Shown here in pieces: positions 45,554-55,109 of a DNA stretch of 64,000 bases; the stretch's first letter is position 1; each line of letters starts with the position of its first letter. The stretch lies in the NCBI GenBank assembly GCA_963771275.1, contig CAVYSW010000003.1:1152001-1216000 (forward strand), given 5' to 3'. The DNA comes from an uncultured Gemmatimonadales bacterium. Lineage in GTDB: Bacteria; Gemmatimonadota; Gemmatimonadetes; Gemmatimonadales; GWC2-71-9. The position numbers and the translations under genes were made by a program. The notes below the pieces were generated by a model that saw only the letters and a list, made by a program, of their open reading frames with translations, was not told the origin of the DNA and ran no database searches.

Positions 45554-47391
45554 CGCCCCAGCTCTTTGCGGATTTCACCGGCGGCGCCGATCGCCGCCTC
45601 GACGTCGTCGCTCAGAACGCGGGCGGCCTGGGTCGCGCTGGTGAGGTCGTCGAGCACCGCGCTTACGCCGGCCGACCGCAGCCGGAGCAGGTCGAACCGG
45701 ACATTCTGGACGGCGAGCACGCACGACTCGAACTGCACCTCGAGCGCCTGCCGGCGCTGCACCAGCTCCTGCAGCGCGCCCCGCTGGCGATCGAGCAGCT
45801 CCACGCGGTGGTCATCGCCCCCCTCGTCCCGCAGCGTCTGGATGCGGGCGTCGAGCCGGGCCAGGGCGTCGGGATCCACCTCGCCTTCCATCTGGGACAG
45901 CGTGCGGCCGAGATCGAGCGCCCGTTGGGCGAGTCCCTCGACGGTATGCACCACGTCCGGCAGCAGGGCCCGCTCGGAGGCTGGCAGACGCTCCACGATC
46001 TGACGGACCGCGGCCTGGTCGCGCCGCATCTGGTCGATCTGCGGCGACATCGTCCCGAAGTCCTCGTCCGCGCCCACGTCGGACCTGCCGCGCAGGGCCT
46101 TGGCTCCCTGGGGCGAACGGGCCTCGACGGCGTCGGGCGCGGGCGGGCGATTGATCACGTCGCGCCAGCTGTAGCCGGCCTGCCAGAGCTTGCCGTAGCG
46201 TGACGCGAGGCCGAACCCCCAAATGCCCGCCACCAGGAGAAACCACGGGTGCGTGATGTCGGTGCCCACGTTGACGAGCATCAGCGCCCCGGATACGCCG
46301 GCCCACTTCGCGAACTCGGCCCGGAACGTCCGCACGATCTCCGGCTCGCGGCTGCCGCGACTCGGGACGTCGGGCTCGCTGCCACGCCGCGCGGCGGGCC
46401 GCCGCTCGCGCTTCCGCTCCGGATGCCGCTCCCCGCGTGCCCATGCCAACTCCAGGGCGACGCCGTCGGTCGAGGCAGCCACCCGCCGCGACCGGGGGGC
46501 CGGGGACGGTGGGCGGTACGGTCCCCCGGAACGACTCTCCAGGGCGCGCCGCAGCGATTCCGCCGTAGGCCAGCGTGCCGTCGGGTCCTTTTCGAGGCAT
46601 CGCATGATCGACGCGGCGAGGTCATCGGGAATGTCGGCTCGCCGCCGCTTGATGTCGGGCGCCGGCTCCGAGATGTGCTTCATCAGGATGCCGGGAACGG
46701 TGGGCGCCTGGAACGGCAACTCACCGGTCGCCATCTCGTATGCCACCACACCCAGGGAATACAGGTCGCTGCGGGCGTCGATATCCCGCTCACCCGCCGC
46801 CTGCTCCGGGCTCATGTAGTGCGGTGTCCCGATGGCGATCCCGGTGCCGGTAAGCGTGCCGGGACCGGCCTCAGAGAGCGCCTTGGCGATCCCGAAGTCC
46901 GTCACCATGACTCGCCGCCGGGTCCCCTCGAGCAGGATGTTGTCCGGCTTGATGTCGCGGTGGATCACGCCCATCGAGTGCGCCATGCCCAGGGCGTCGG
47001 CGGTCTCCTTCATGATGCGGCGCACCTCTTCGGCCGGCAGTGCGTGCCGGCGCTTCAACCGCGCGGCGAGCGACTCACCGTCGACGAAGCCCATCACGAA
47101 ATACACCAGCCCGCCCTCGTCGCCGACCGCGTGAATCGGGACGATGTGGGGGTGGGATAGGCGCGCCGCCGTCTGCGCTTCCCGCATGAACCGGGTTTTG
47201 GTCTCCTGACGGAACGCCAGTTCCGGGGGGAGCACCTTGATGGCAACGCGGCGCTTCAGCGCGAGATCGCGTGCGGCAAACACAACACCCATGCCGCCAC
47301 GTCCGACTTCGCCCTCGAGGTCGTAAGCCCCCTCAAGGACGTGCGTGAGACGCTCAGCGAGCGGGTTGTCTTGCAGTTGGCCGTCGTCCAT
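45550..47391 (-). CDS. Hanks-type Ser/Thr kinase with 2-TM segment and C-terminal coiled coil
   Basis: [21 protein letters not shown] and GTPHYMSPE motifs. Confidence 0.92.
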   Translation of the reverse strand: MDDGQLQDNPLAERLTHVLEGAYDLEGEVGRGGMGVVFAARDLALKRRVAIKVLPPELAFRQETKTRFMREAQTAARLSHPHIVPIHAVGDEGGLVYFVMGFVDGESLAARLKRRHALPAEEVRRIMKETADALGMAHSMGVIHRDIKPDNILLEGTRRRVMVTDFGIAKALSEAGPGTLTGTGIAIGTPHYMSPEQAAGERDIDARSDLYSLGVVAYEMATGELPFQAPTVPGILMKHISEPAPDIKRRRADIPDDLAASIMRCLEKDPTARWPTAESLRRALESRSGGPYRPPSPAPRSRRVAASTDGVALELAWARGERHPERKRERRPAARRGSEPDVPSRGSREPEIVRTFRAEFAKWAGVSGALMLVNVGTDITHPWFLLVAGIWGFGLASRYGKLWQAGYSWRDVINRPPAPDAVEARSPQGAKALRGRSDVGADEDFGTMSPQIDQMRRDQAAVRQIVERLPASERALLPDVVHTVEGLAQRALDLGRTLSQMEGEVDPDALARLDARIQTLRDEGGDDHRVELLDRQRGALQELVQRRQALEVQFESCVLAVQNVRFDLLRLRSAGVSAVLDDLTSATQAARVLSDDVEAAIGAAGEIRKELGR

Positions 47392-47474
47392 TTGGCAACC
47401 GTCGAGGCTCGGCCGTAGATTAGTCCGGGTCCGGGGCGCTGGCAACCTGCGAAAACACCTCGACGAGGCTGCAA

Positions 47475-47723
47475 ATGCGTTGGATCACGGATGATGCCGG
47501 TCGCCGGTGGTCGGCCGAGCGAGTGGGCCGCACCTCCGGCCTCGTATCTACGAGGCGAAAGTCCACAGGTTTCCCCGAACCAGCCGACATCGTCCGGTTC
47601 GACTGCGAGTCCGACCGGAAAGAGCCCGCCCGAGAGATCACGACCCGCGCCGGTTTGCTGGAGCAGCTCACGGACTCCGAGCTCAAAGCCCTGCTCAATA
47701 GCGCACCCCGAGCCACCAACTGA
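47475..47723 (+). CDS. Hypothetical protein
   Basis: SD GAGG; 82-aa ORF followed by a hairpin. Confidence 0.65.
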   Translation: MRWITDDAGRRWSAERVGRTSGLVSTRRKSTGFPEPADIVRFDCESDRKEPAREITTRAGLLEQLTDSELKALLNSAPRATN

Positions 47724-47727
47724 GATC

Positions 47728-47765
47728 CGACGTTCCCTGCCATTCTGACATGGCAGCGGACGTCG
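47728..47765 (+). terminator. Hairpin after the small ORF
   Basis: CGACGT..CTGCCAT / ATGGCAG..ACGTCG inverted repeat; no U-tract. Confidence 0.35.
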
Positions 47766-47832
47766 CTCGGCCAATTCAAGCCTTGGAACGGCAGGACCGT
47801 GGACGGGTTACCGCACAATAGGCATGGCTCCC

Positions 47833-47848
47833 TGGCACGTCGAGTGCG
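47833..47848 (+). promoter_or_regulatory. Putative sigma54 (-24/-12) promoter of lon
   Basis: TGGCACGTCGAGTGCG: GG-N10-GC with an intact TGGCACG, about 50 nt before ATG. Confidence 0.5.
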
Positions 47849-47898
47849 TTGTTGAGCCTGCCCAGTCCATCGGCCTCGACACCTGAACGGGCTTTGTC

Positions 47899-50367
47899 AT
47901 GACACAGATAACCGGTACGCCCCCCATCGAACACATCCGCCTCCCCGTGCTGCCGTTACGGGAGGTGGTGTTGTTCCCGGGGGTGACCGCGCCGATCGGT
48001 GCGGGCCGGCCCGGGACGCTGCGGGCAATCGAGGCCGCGCTGAAGCGGGAGGACCGGCGCATCTTCGCGGTCTGTCAGCGCGAGAACACCGACCAGGTCG
48101 ACCCCACGGGCCTGTACACCACCGGCACGGTGGCGAAGATCGGGCAGATCCAGCGGGGACTCGGTGGCGTCCAGCTCCTGCTCCACGGAGAGTACCGCGC
48201 CACGGTACTGCAGTACTCCGAGGTCGAGGGGTACATCGAGGCCGTCGTCGTCCACGCCCCGGACCTCGCGCCGATCGACCCCTCCGAAGCGGCGTTTATC
48301 GCGCTGCATCGGGAAGTGCGCGAGCGCGCGGCCGAACTGGGGCAGAAAACGGGTCTCGCCGAGGACGTGGTCGAGCAGGTGCTTGAAGGCGTGAGCGATC
48401 CAGGGCGATTCGCGGACCTCGTTGCCGGCTACCTCGACGTGTCCTCCAAGGATCGGCAGGCGTTGCTCGAGACCCTGGGCGTTGAGGAGCGGCTGCGGCG
48501 GGTGTTGCTGCACGTGCAACGGCAAATCGACCTGCTCGACGCCCAGCAGGACATCAAGTCGAAGGTGCAGGAGGAACTCGGCGAGCGGCAGCGCGAGATG
48601 TTCCTGCGCGAGCAGATGCGGGCGATCCGCAAGGAGCTGGGTGAGGAGGAGGAGGCGGCGGTCACCGACGAGCTTCGACAGTTGCTCGAGGGACTCGAGT
48701 TGTCGGAAGAGGCGCGCAAGGAGGTCAAGCGCGAGCTGTCCCGACTTGCCCGCGCGCCGCGGGACTCCATGGAGGCCCAGGTCATTCGGACGTACCTGGA
48801 GACGGTTGCCGAGCTGCCGTGGGGGAAGCGCAGCGAGGAGCATCTCGATCTCAAAGGTGCGGCGGAGATCCTCGACGCCGACCACTTCGGCCTCAACGAC
48901 GTCAAGGACCGGGTGCTCGAGTTCCTCGCGGTGCGACAACTGCGCGAACGGCAGGACCAGGCGGCGCGCGTGAGCGGACAGGTCGCGCCGCCGCCGGGTA
49001 ACGAGGACGATCGCCGGGCGAAGGGGTCCATCCTGCTGTTCGTCGGGCCGCCCGGCGTCGGCAAGACCTCGATCGCGAAGTCGATCGCCCGGTCGATGGG
49101 CAGAGAATACGTGCGAATCTCTCTCGGCGGCGCGCGCGACGAAGCGGATATTCGCGGCCATCGCCGAACCTATGTCGGCGCAATGCCGGGCCGCATCATC
49201 CAGGGGATGAAGAAGGCGGGGACCAAGAACCCGGTCTTCCTGCTCGATGAGGTGGACAAGCTCGGCGTGTCGTTCCAGGGCGATCCCGCCGCGGCCCTGC
49301 TCGAGGTGCTCGATCCCGCCCAGAACGACTCGTTCACCGACCATTACATGAGCGTGCCGTTCGACCTCTCGGAAGTGCTGTTCATTGCAACGGCCAACTT
49401 CCTGGAGCACATCCCGGCGCCGCTGCTCGATCGCATGGAGATGGTGGAATTCTCCGGGTACACCGAGCAGGAGAAGCTGGAGATCGCGCGACGCTACCTC
49501 ATCCCGCGCCAGCTGGGCGAGGCCGGCCTGTCACCGGAGCAGTTGACGATCGGGGATGAGGGGCTGTGCGCCATCGTGTCGGGCTACACGCGCGAGGCCG
49601 GCGTGCGCCAACTCGAGCGCGAATTGGGCAAAGTGATGCGCAAGGTGGCACGCGAGATCGCGGCGGGGGACACGACCCGGCTCGACGTCGACCACGAGGC
49701 CGTGGAGCGATTGCTGGGGCGGCCACGGGTCCATCCGGAGCGGGCTGCACGCCAGCCGGAGGTCGGGATCGCGACGGGGATGTACTACACGCCGGTGGGC
49801 GGGGACATCATGTTCGTCGAGGCTTCGATCATGCGGGGAAAGGGGGAGCTGGTCCTCACCGGGCAGCTGGGCGACGTGATGAAGGAGTCCGCGCGCGCGG
49901 GGCTGACGTACGCCAAGACCCACGCCGATGAGCTCGGCATCCCTGTGGAGCGGTTCGTCGACAAGGACGTCCACATCCACGTTCCAGCCGGCGCGATCCC
50001 CAAGGAAGGCTCCTCGGCGGGCGTCACGATGGCGACCGCGCTCGTGAGCGCGTTGTCCGGCGTGCCGGCCCGCAACGATGTTGCCATGACCGGCGAGGTC
50101 ACCCTGTCGGGCCGGGTGCTGCCGATCGGTGGCGTGAAGGAGAAGGTGCTCGGCGCGCTTCGGGCCGGGATCACGACGATCGTCCTGCCCAGGGAGAACC
50201 TGGCCGACCTCGACGACATCAGGGAGGATGAGCGGGCGAAGCTCGACGTGCACCCGGTCGATCACCTGTCCGAAGTGCTCGCCGTGGCGCTCCAGCAGGC
50301 CAAGGAGGGATCCGGAGAACGTGTGCAAGCCGCAGACGGGGCCGCCCTCGCGCTGACTCCGCCCTGA
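47899..50367 (+). CDS. lon: ATP-dependent protease Lon
   Basis: LON N-domain, GPPGVGKTS, RRTYVGAMPG, Ser in PKEGSSAG and Lys in GGVKEK. Confidence 0.96.
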   Translation: MTQITGTPPIEHIRLPVLPLREVVLFPGVTAPIGAGRPGTLRAIEAALKREDRRIFAVCQRENTDQVDPTGLYTTGTVAKIGQIQRGLGGVQLLLHGEYRATVLQYSEVEGYIEAVVVHAPDLAPIDPSEAAFIALHREVRERAAELGQKTGLAEDVVEQVLEGVSDPGRFADLVAGYLDVSSKDRQALLETLGVEERLRRVLLHVQRQIDLLDAQQDIKSKVQEELGERQREMFLREQMRAIRKELGEEEEAAVTDELRQLLEGLELSEEARKEVKRELSRLARAPRDSMEAQVIRTYLETVAELPWGKRSEEHLDLKGAAEILDADHFGLNDVKDRVLEFLAVRQLRERQDQAARVSGQVAPPPGNEDDRRAKGSILLFVGPPGVGKTSIAKSIARSMGREYVRISLGGARDEADIRGHRRTYVGAMPGRIIQGMKKAGTKNPVFLLDEVDKLGVSFQGDPAAALLEVLDPAQNDSFTDHYMSVPFDLSEVLFIATANFLEHIPAPLLDRMEMVEFSGYTEQEKLEIARRYLIPRQLGEAGLSPEQLTIGDEGLCAIVSGYTREAGVRQLERELGKVMRKVAREIAAGDTTRLDVDHEAVERLLGRPRVHPERAARQPEVGIATGMYYTPVGGDIMFVEASIMRGKGELVLTGQLGDVMKESARAGLTYAKTHADELGIPVERFVDKDVHIHVPAGAIPKEGSSAGVTMATALVSALSGVPARNDVAMTGEVTLSGRVLPIGGVKEKVLGALRAGITTIVLPRENLADLDDIREDERAKLDVHPVDHLSEVLAVALQQAKEGSGERVQAADGAALALTPP

Positions 50368-50375
50368 GGGGTGCG

Positions 50376-50951
50376 CTACCAGGCGATGGCTTTGAGAAGC
50401 GTCGTACTCACCTCGGCGCTCCAGCCGGCGCGAGAACGGCTGGCTTTGGGGAGAATCGGCTCCAAGGCCAGGTATCCGGCACAAAGCACCAGAAGCTCAA
50501 CGGCGGTGTCTGCAGGGTCCACCCAGTCTCCGAAGTAACCCAATCCCTGCCCTGCGGAGATCAGACCGGTGAGCTCGCGCAAGGCCATCGCCACGTAGGC
50601 CCGACCCGCGACCTCCGCGCCGCCGCTGGCCTGCCGATCCACCAGCAGAGCGACCACCTCCGGGTGGGCGCGCAGCTCGGAATACAGACGATCGACGGCG
50701 ACTCGAATGCGCTCCGGCGCGGCGGCCGCCGGTCCCGTCGCCAGCGACTCGCCGATTCCCACGGACACCGCCGGACTCGCCGCGGCCTCGAGCAGCCCGG
50801 TCTTCGAGCCGAAGTAGTAGTAGAGCAACTGCTTGTTGACCCGTGCCCGGCGCGCAATGCGCGCAACCCGGGCTCCAGCGTAGCCGAACTCGGCGAACTC
50901 CGTCCTTGCCGCCTCGAGGATCCTCGTGCGCGACGCTCCGTCGTTCGCCAT
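50376..50951 (-). CDS. TetR family transcriptional regulator
   Basis: RILEAA..EF...G....IA..A.V....LYYYFGSK HTH. Confidence 0.9.
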   Translation of the reverse strand: MANDGASRTRILEAARTEFAEFGYAGARVARIARRARVNKQLLYYYFGSKTGLLEAAASPAVSVGIGESLATGPAAAAPERIRVAVDRLYSELRAHPEVVALLVDRQASGGAEVAGRAYVAMALRELTGLISAGQGLGYFGDWVDPADTAVELLVLCAGYLALEPILPKASRSRAGWSAEVSTTLLKAIAW

Positions 50952-50957
50952 GTGCAT

Positions 50958-51007
50958 CTCAACCGAATGGTTGAGCCAAGATTGGGAAGCGCAGCCCCCG
51001 CTGTCAA
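50958..51007 (-). promoter_or_regulatory. tetR promoter and operator
   Basis: TTGACA-17 nt-CAATCT followed by the palindrome CTCAACC-N4-GGTTGAG (50958-50975). Confidence 0.7.
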
Positions 51008-51687
51008 CCCACGATCGCAGAGATCGCAGCCCGGACGACACGCTGGAACAGTGGGTCGAGCGACCAGTATCCCGCCGCCCCATCGCCCACCGAACTCACC
51101 AAGGCACCGTCTGCGATGAGGAGCATGACCGGGCCAGGGAAATCGCGCCCAGGAGTCTCCCGAGGGATCTCACCGGTGAGTACCAGGCCGGTTTCGGAGC
51201 CCGGACCCAGGCTCCACGTTGATGTCGGACGGCCCGCTGCCATCCGCGCACGAAACGCGGGGCCAAGGGCGCGGAGCTCGCCGGCCGGCGCGACGCAAAG
51301 AACCTCTCCCTCAGTGCGAACGATCCCGCGGGTCGCCGTCTCCCGGATGGCGCGGTCCCCCTCGAGTCGGACGAGCGGCGCCACACCGAGGTCCGGCTGG
51401 GCGAGCACCTGGTCCTCCAGGCGATCGAGCTTGCGGGCTTGGGCCTCGCCGATGATGGTGAGGAGCGCTTGTGGCTGGACCACGCGGTAGCGCCGCGGAC
51501 TGGTGCCGGTCAGCACCGCGGCGCGCTTGGCCACGAGACCGTCGAGGGCCTGGTATGCGTTGGCGCGGGCGATGGTGAGCTGCTTCGCGACCGCGTACCC
51601 ACTCGACGGTCCCAGGGTGAGCAACGCCGCATAGGCAAGGCTCTCGGTCGCGGTGAAGCCGAATGGCGTCAAATCGAGTTCCGGCAT
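51004..51687 (-). CDS. TrmB family transcriptional regulator
   Basis: FGFTATESLAY.ALL...SGY.VAK....RANAY..L..L wHTH. Confidence 0.85.
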   Translation of the reverse strand: MPELDLTPFGFTATESLAYAALLTLGPSSGYAVAKQLTIARANAYQALDGLVAKRAAVLTGTSPRRYRVVQPQALLTIIGEAQARKLDRLEDQVLAQPDLGVAPLVRLEGDRAIRETATRGIVRTEGEVLCVAPAGELRALGPAFRARMAAGRPTSTWSLGPGSETGLVLTGEIPRETPGRDFPGPVMLLIADGALVSSVGDGAAGYWSLDPLFQRVVRAAISAIVG

Positions 51688-51688
51688 G

Positions 51689-51705
51689 GTAGTATAAATT
51701 ACTAC
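51689..51705 (-). promoter_or_regulatory. Putative TrmB autoregulatory operator over the -10 element
   Basis: GTAGTA-N5-TACTAC AT-rich palindrome abutting the start codon. Confidence 0.55.
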
Positions 51706-51784
51706 TACGCATATGCGCGCGCCAATCGCCCGCCGGGGTGGCTGGAATGTCTCTAGTGGCTGGAGTGTCTCTAACTGATGGTGG

Positions 51785-52921
51785 CTAAGTGTATTCGAGT
51801 GCCCAGCCGGCGAGCTTCGCGATCAGGGCGAGTCTGAAGGTCACGTCGGCCTGACGTCGCTCCGCCGTCTTCGCGTCCACCTCGAGCGGAAACGCGAAGT
51901 CGGCGATCCGTGAAGGGGACTTGGGCAGGGACCGCAGGTTCCGAGGGGTCCACACGCCGTTGGCATCCACGTCGTCCAGCAAGCGCCGCAGCACCCGGGC
52001 GGCGACCTCGTTTGTGCCGAGCATTCCCATGCGCACGAGCAGTTCGATCCAGTGGAGGGCGAGGGGCAGGTCCCTTGCGGTCCCGTTCCGATCCGCCTCG
52101 AGCGGGTTGCCGATCAGCTGGTAGGTCGGCTGGATCGTCTTTCGCCCCACGGCGATCACGTACTTCTTGCGCGGCTGCGGTTGCGCGAGGTAGGCGCACA
52201 GGCGCTCCACGAACCCCGCCCGCTCGCGTTGCAGCGTGGGCATGTAGGCCACGATCGCGACGAGGAGCGTGGTGGGGGGGAACGCCTCGGGGTGAAGGAT
52301 CGTCCGGGCGCCCTTGCGCACCAAGGGCCTGCCGGCGAGCTCGCTGCGCAGGAACTGTGAGACCAGCGACACGATGCGGTGTGCCGACCCGCGGACCCGA
52401 GGATCCTCAACCAGTCCCGCGTGGGCCAGCGCCGCGGTCGCTCCCTCGCGGAAGTGGTCTCGACCCCGCACGGCCAGCTCGGCGTTTCCCTTGGCCGCCG
52501 TCCTGTACTCGACCAACAGCTCCGGGGCTTCGTCGCGGGAGAGGAGCCGAAAGAAGAGGCGTTCGGCGAGGCGGTAGGCACGCTCGTCGCGGGGGACGCC
52601 GAGCTCCAGCAGGCGGCGGTACTGGGCTACGGTACCGACATCCCTGTAACCCTGGGTCTTGTTCGGCGCCAGGCCGAGGATGTTGTCGCCCCACAGCCCG
52701 GTCTTCTTCTGCTTCTTGAGGGTCTGGAGCACCAGCTTGTACTGGCGCAACTCCTCCCGGAGGAGCTCGTAGTCCGTCGGGTTGGCCGCTCCCGGTGGCA
52801 GGATGTCATTGACAGTGCGCCACTTAACTGCGGGAGAGGCGTACGCGCGCAGCCAGCTGACCGGGACGCGGTGGGAGGTCGGGAGATCCAGGACGGCCCC
52901 TCCGGGGGAGATTCTGGCCAA
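51785..52921 (-). CDS. Hypothetical protein, possibly alpha/alpha-barrel (start uncertain)
   Basis: Long ORF with coding-like codon usage; QKKTGLW and DANGVW resemble QW-type repeats. Confidence 0.7.
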   Translation of the reverse strand: MARISPGGAVLDLPTSHRVPVSWLRAYASPAVKWRTVNDILPPGAANPTDYELLREELRQYKLVLQTLKKQKKTGLWGDNILGLAPNKTQGYRDVGTVAQYRRLLELGVPRDERAYRLAERLFFRLLSRDEAPELLVEYRTAAKGNAELAVRGRDHFREGATAALAHAGLVEDPRVRGSAHRIVSLVSQFLRSELAGRPLVRKGARTILHPEAFPPTTLLVAIVAYMPTLQRERAGFVERLCAYLAQPQPRKKYVIAVGRKTIQPTYQLIGNPLEADRNGTARDLPLALHWIELLVRMGMLGTNEVAARVLRRLLDDVDANGVWTPRNLRSLPKSPSRIADFAFPLEVDAKTAERRQADVTFRLALIAKLAGWALEYT

Positions 52922-53042
52922 ACGAACGGGGGAACATAGTCCGTTTGACGCCGGTCAGCCAGTGCCGAGCTGGCCGAGTCCGGCGCTGAGGGCGGTCGGC
53001 GCGCCTTGCCGCTCGCCGGGGCCGTTCGCACATTTCGGGGAC

Positions 53043-55082
53043 ATGCACGAGAGCCTGAAGCAGCGTCCTGTGTCGCGGCTGCCCGATCACGTCCGCCTCG
53101 CCGGGCGCGTGCTGTTTCTGGTGGATGACGCCGACCTGATCCGCCGCCAGCTGGCGGGGGAAGACCTCCCGATGCCACCCGGCGCGCCGCTACGCGACAA
53201 TATCTCGACGGATGAGATCACCCCGGCCTACATCTGCTATTACTACGACGAGACACTCGGAGACTTCCCGTATCTGGGTCTGCGGGCCGGCACCGAGTTC
53301 CCGATCACGCGTGGGAGCGTCCGACAGGGTGGGTTCGCCTGCTCGGTGGCGGGCAAGCGGCGCGGCAAGGGCTCGTCGCGGGAGCAGTCCCCATATGCGG
53401 AGATGTGCGCCGGCATCAAGCTCGTGATTGCGGAGAGCGTCGAGCGCATCTACCGGGAAAACTGTCAGAACCTCGGGGTGCTCACCAGCACGGATGTCGG
53501 CCTGGTCGAGCAGGTGCGGCGCGGCGCGGCGATCCCGCTGAGTGAGTTCACGCGGGGGGAAGGGGAGATCACCCGCGGGATCATCGAGTACGGCGGCCTG
53601 TTCCAGTACAACGTGGCCCGGCTGCAGGGGCGCGTCATGGTTCCGGGCGTCACCACCGGGCGCCGCCCGATGACGCTCGCCGAGAAGATCGTGGCGCGGC
53701 ACTGGGTGACGGACCTGGCCAACGACCGCGTGGGTGTGCCGTTCGTCCGACCCGGTGATGAGGGATTCGTTCGCACCGACATCCGGTTCAGCCACGAGTA
53801 CGTCACGCCGATGGCTGCGATCTTCTGGCGCGACTTCGTTGGCGCGGCGGAACAGATCGTCGATCCGGCGTCCGTGTTCCTGTTCCGCGACCACCTCACC
53901 TTTCTTGATCTCGCGATGACCGAGGAGCGGAAAGCCGAAGGGCTACTCGACGTTGCGCTGGAGCTCAAGAAGAAACAGGAGGAGTTCGCCGCGCAGCAGG
54001 GTGTACGGCTCTACGGGGAGCTCCCTCGGGCCCCGCAGGGTCGACTCGGCATTCCCACGGGATCCGAGGCGATCTGCCACTCGAAGATCCTCGAGGCGCA
54101 TGCGCTGCCGGGACAGATCATCATTGGCAGCGACTCGCATACGCCACATGCCGGCGCCGTCGGCGCGGTCGCCTTCGGGGTCGGGACGACCGCGATCTTC
54201 AACTCCTGGCTCACCAAGGACGTCCGCCTCAAGGTCCCGCCATCGGTGCTGATCAGCGTCACCGGCACACCACACCCGGGAATCACGGCCAAGGACTTCA
54301 TGCTGCAGATCCTGCGGCATCCGTACGTCAAGGACGGGCAGGCCATTGGCAAGATGGTCGAGTACGCCGGTGCGGCGGTCGAGGCGCTCTCGATCGACGA
54401 GCGTGCCACGATGACGAACATGGCGGCGGAGGTGGGCGCGTTCACGGGGCTCGTGCGTCCGGACGAGAAGACCGTCGCCTTCCTGGCGCAAGAGCGCGGT
54501 CTCGATCCGGGTGCGGTGCGCGCGATGCTCGATGGTCTGGCGTCCGATCCGGACGCGGAATACGAGAAGGTCATCGAGATCGACGCCGCGGCTCTGGAGC
54601 CGATGGTGGCGCTGCCCGGGGACCCCGGTAACGGCCTGTTCATCAGGGAGCTCGGGGCACCCGTCAAAGTCGACATTGCCTACGCCGGATCGTGCACCGC
54701 CGGCAAGAAGTCCGACATGGACATGTACGCGGCGGTGTTCCGGGACGCCCTCGCTCGCGGCTTGCGCATCCACCCCGACGTGCGGTGCTTCGTGCAGTGC
54801 GGGTCGCAGGAGGTGAAACGCTACTGCGAAGAGTCGGGATACCTCGACGTGTTCCGGAGCGTCGGCGCCGTGTTCGTCGAGCCCTCGTGTGGGGCGTGCA
54901 TCAACGCCGGGCCCGGTGTTTCCTACGATCGGGAAACCGTCACGATCAGCGCCATCAACCGCAACTTCCCGGGTCGGTCGGGACCGGGGCAGCTCTATCT
55001 CGCGAGCCCGTACACCACGGCGGCCAGTGCCATCGCGGGATCCATCGCGGCGTGGAGCCCGGCGGGCCCGAAGACGCGCTGA
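53043..55082 (+). CDS. Aconitase-family hydratase, LeuD-like swivel fused N-terminal to a LeuC-like Fe-S domain
   Basis: DNISTDEI and GSSRE, then MTLAEKI, DSHT, GSCT, CGAC and NRNFPGR. Confidence 0.88.
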   Translation: MHESLKQRPVSRLPDHVRLAGRVLFLVDDADLIRRQLAGEDLPMPPGAPLRDNISTDEITPAYICYYYDETLGDFPYLGLRAGTEFPITRGSVRQGGFACSVAGKRRGKGSSREQSPYAEMCAGIKLVIAESVERIYRENCQNLGVLTSTDVGLVEQVRRGAAIPLSEFTRGEGEITRGIIEYGGLFQYNVARLQGRVMVPGVTTGRRPMTLAEKIVARHWVTDLANDRVGVPFVRPGDEGFVRTDIRFSHEYVTPMAAIFWRDFVGAAEQIVDPASVFLFRDHLTFLDLAMTEERKAEGLLDVALELKKKQEEFAAQQGVRLYGELPRAPQGRLGIPTGSEAICHSKILEAHALPGQIIIGSDSHTPHAGAVGAVAFGVGTTAIFNSWLTKDVRLKVPPSVLISVTGTPHPGITAKDFMLQILRHPYVKDGQAIGKMVEYAGAAVEALSIDERATMTNMAAEVGAFTGLVRPDEKTVAFLAQERGLDPGAVRAMLDGLASDPDAEYEKVIEIDAAALEPMVALPGDPGNGLFIRELGAPVKVDIAYAGSCTAGKKSDMDMYAAVFRDALARGLRIHPDVRCFVQCGSQEVKRYCEESGYLDVFRSVGAVFVEPSCGACINAGPGVSYDRETVTISAINRNFPGRSGPGQLYLASPYTTAASAIAGSIAAWSPAGPKTR

Positions 55083-55109
55083 GTTTCGGAGGGGGCCGTC
55101 GGCCGCCCT

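Noticed and set aside
47833..47850. CIRCE/HrcA operator upstream of lon
   Set aside because: GCAC..GAGTGC arms lack the 9-nt spacer and TTAGC/GCTAA ends; fits sigma54 better
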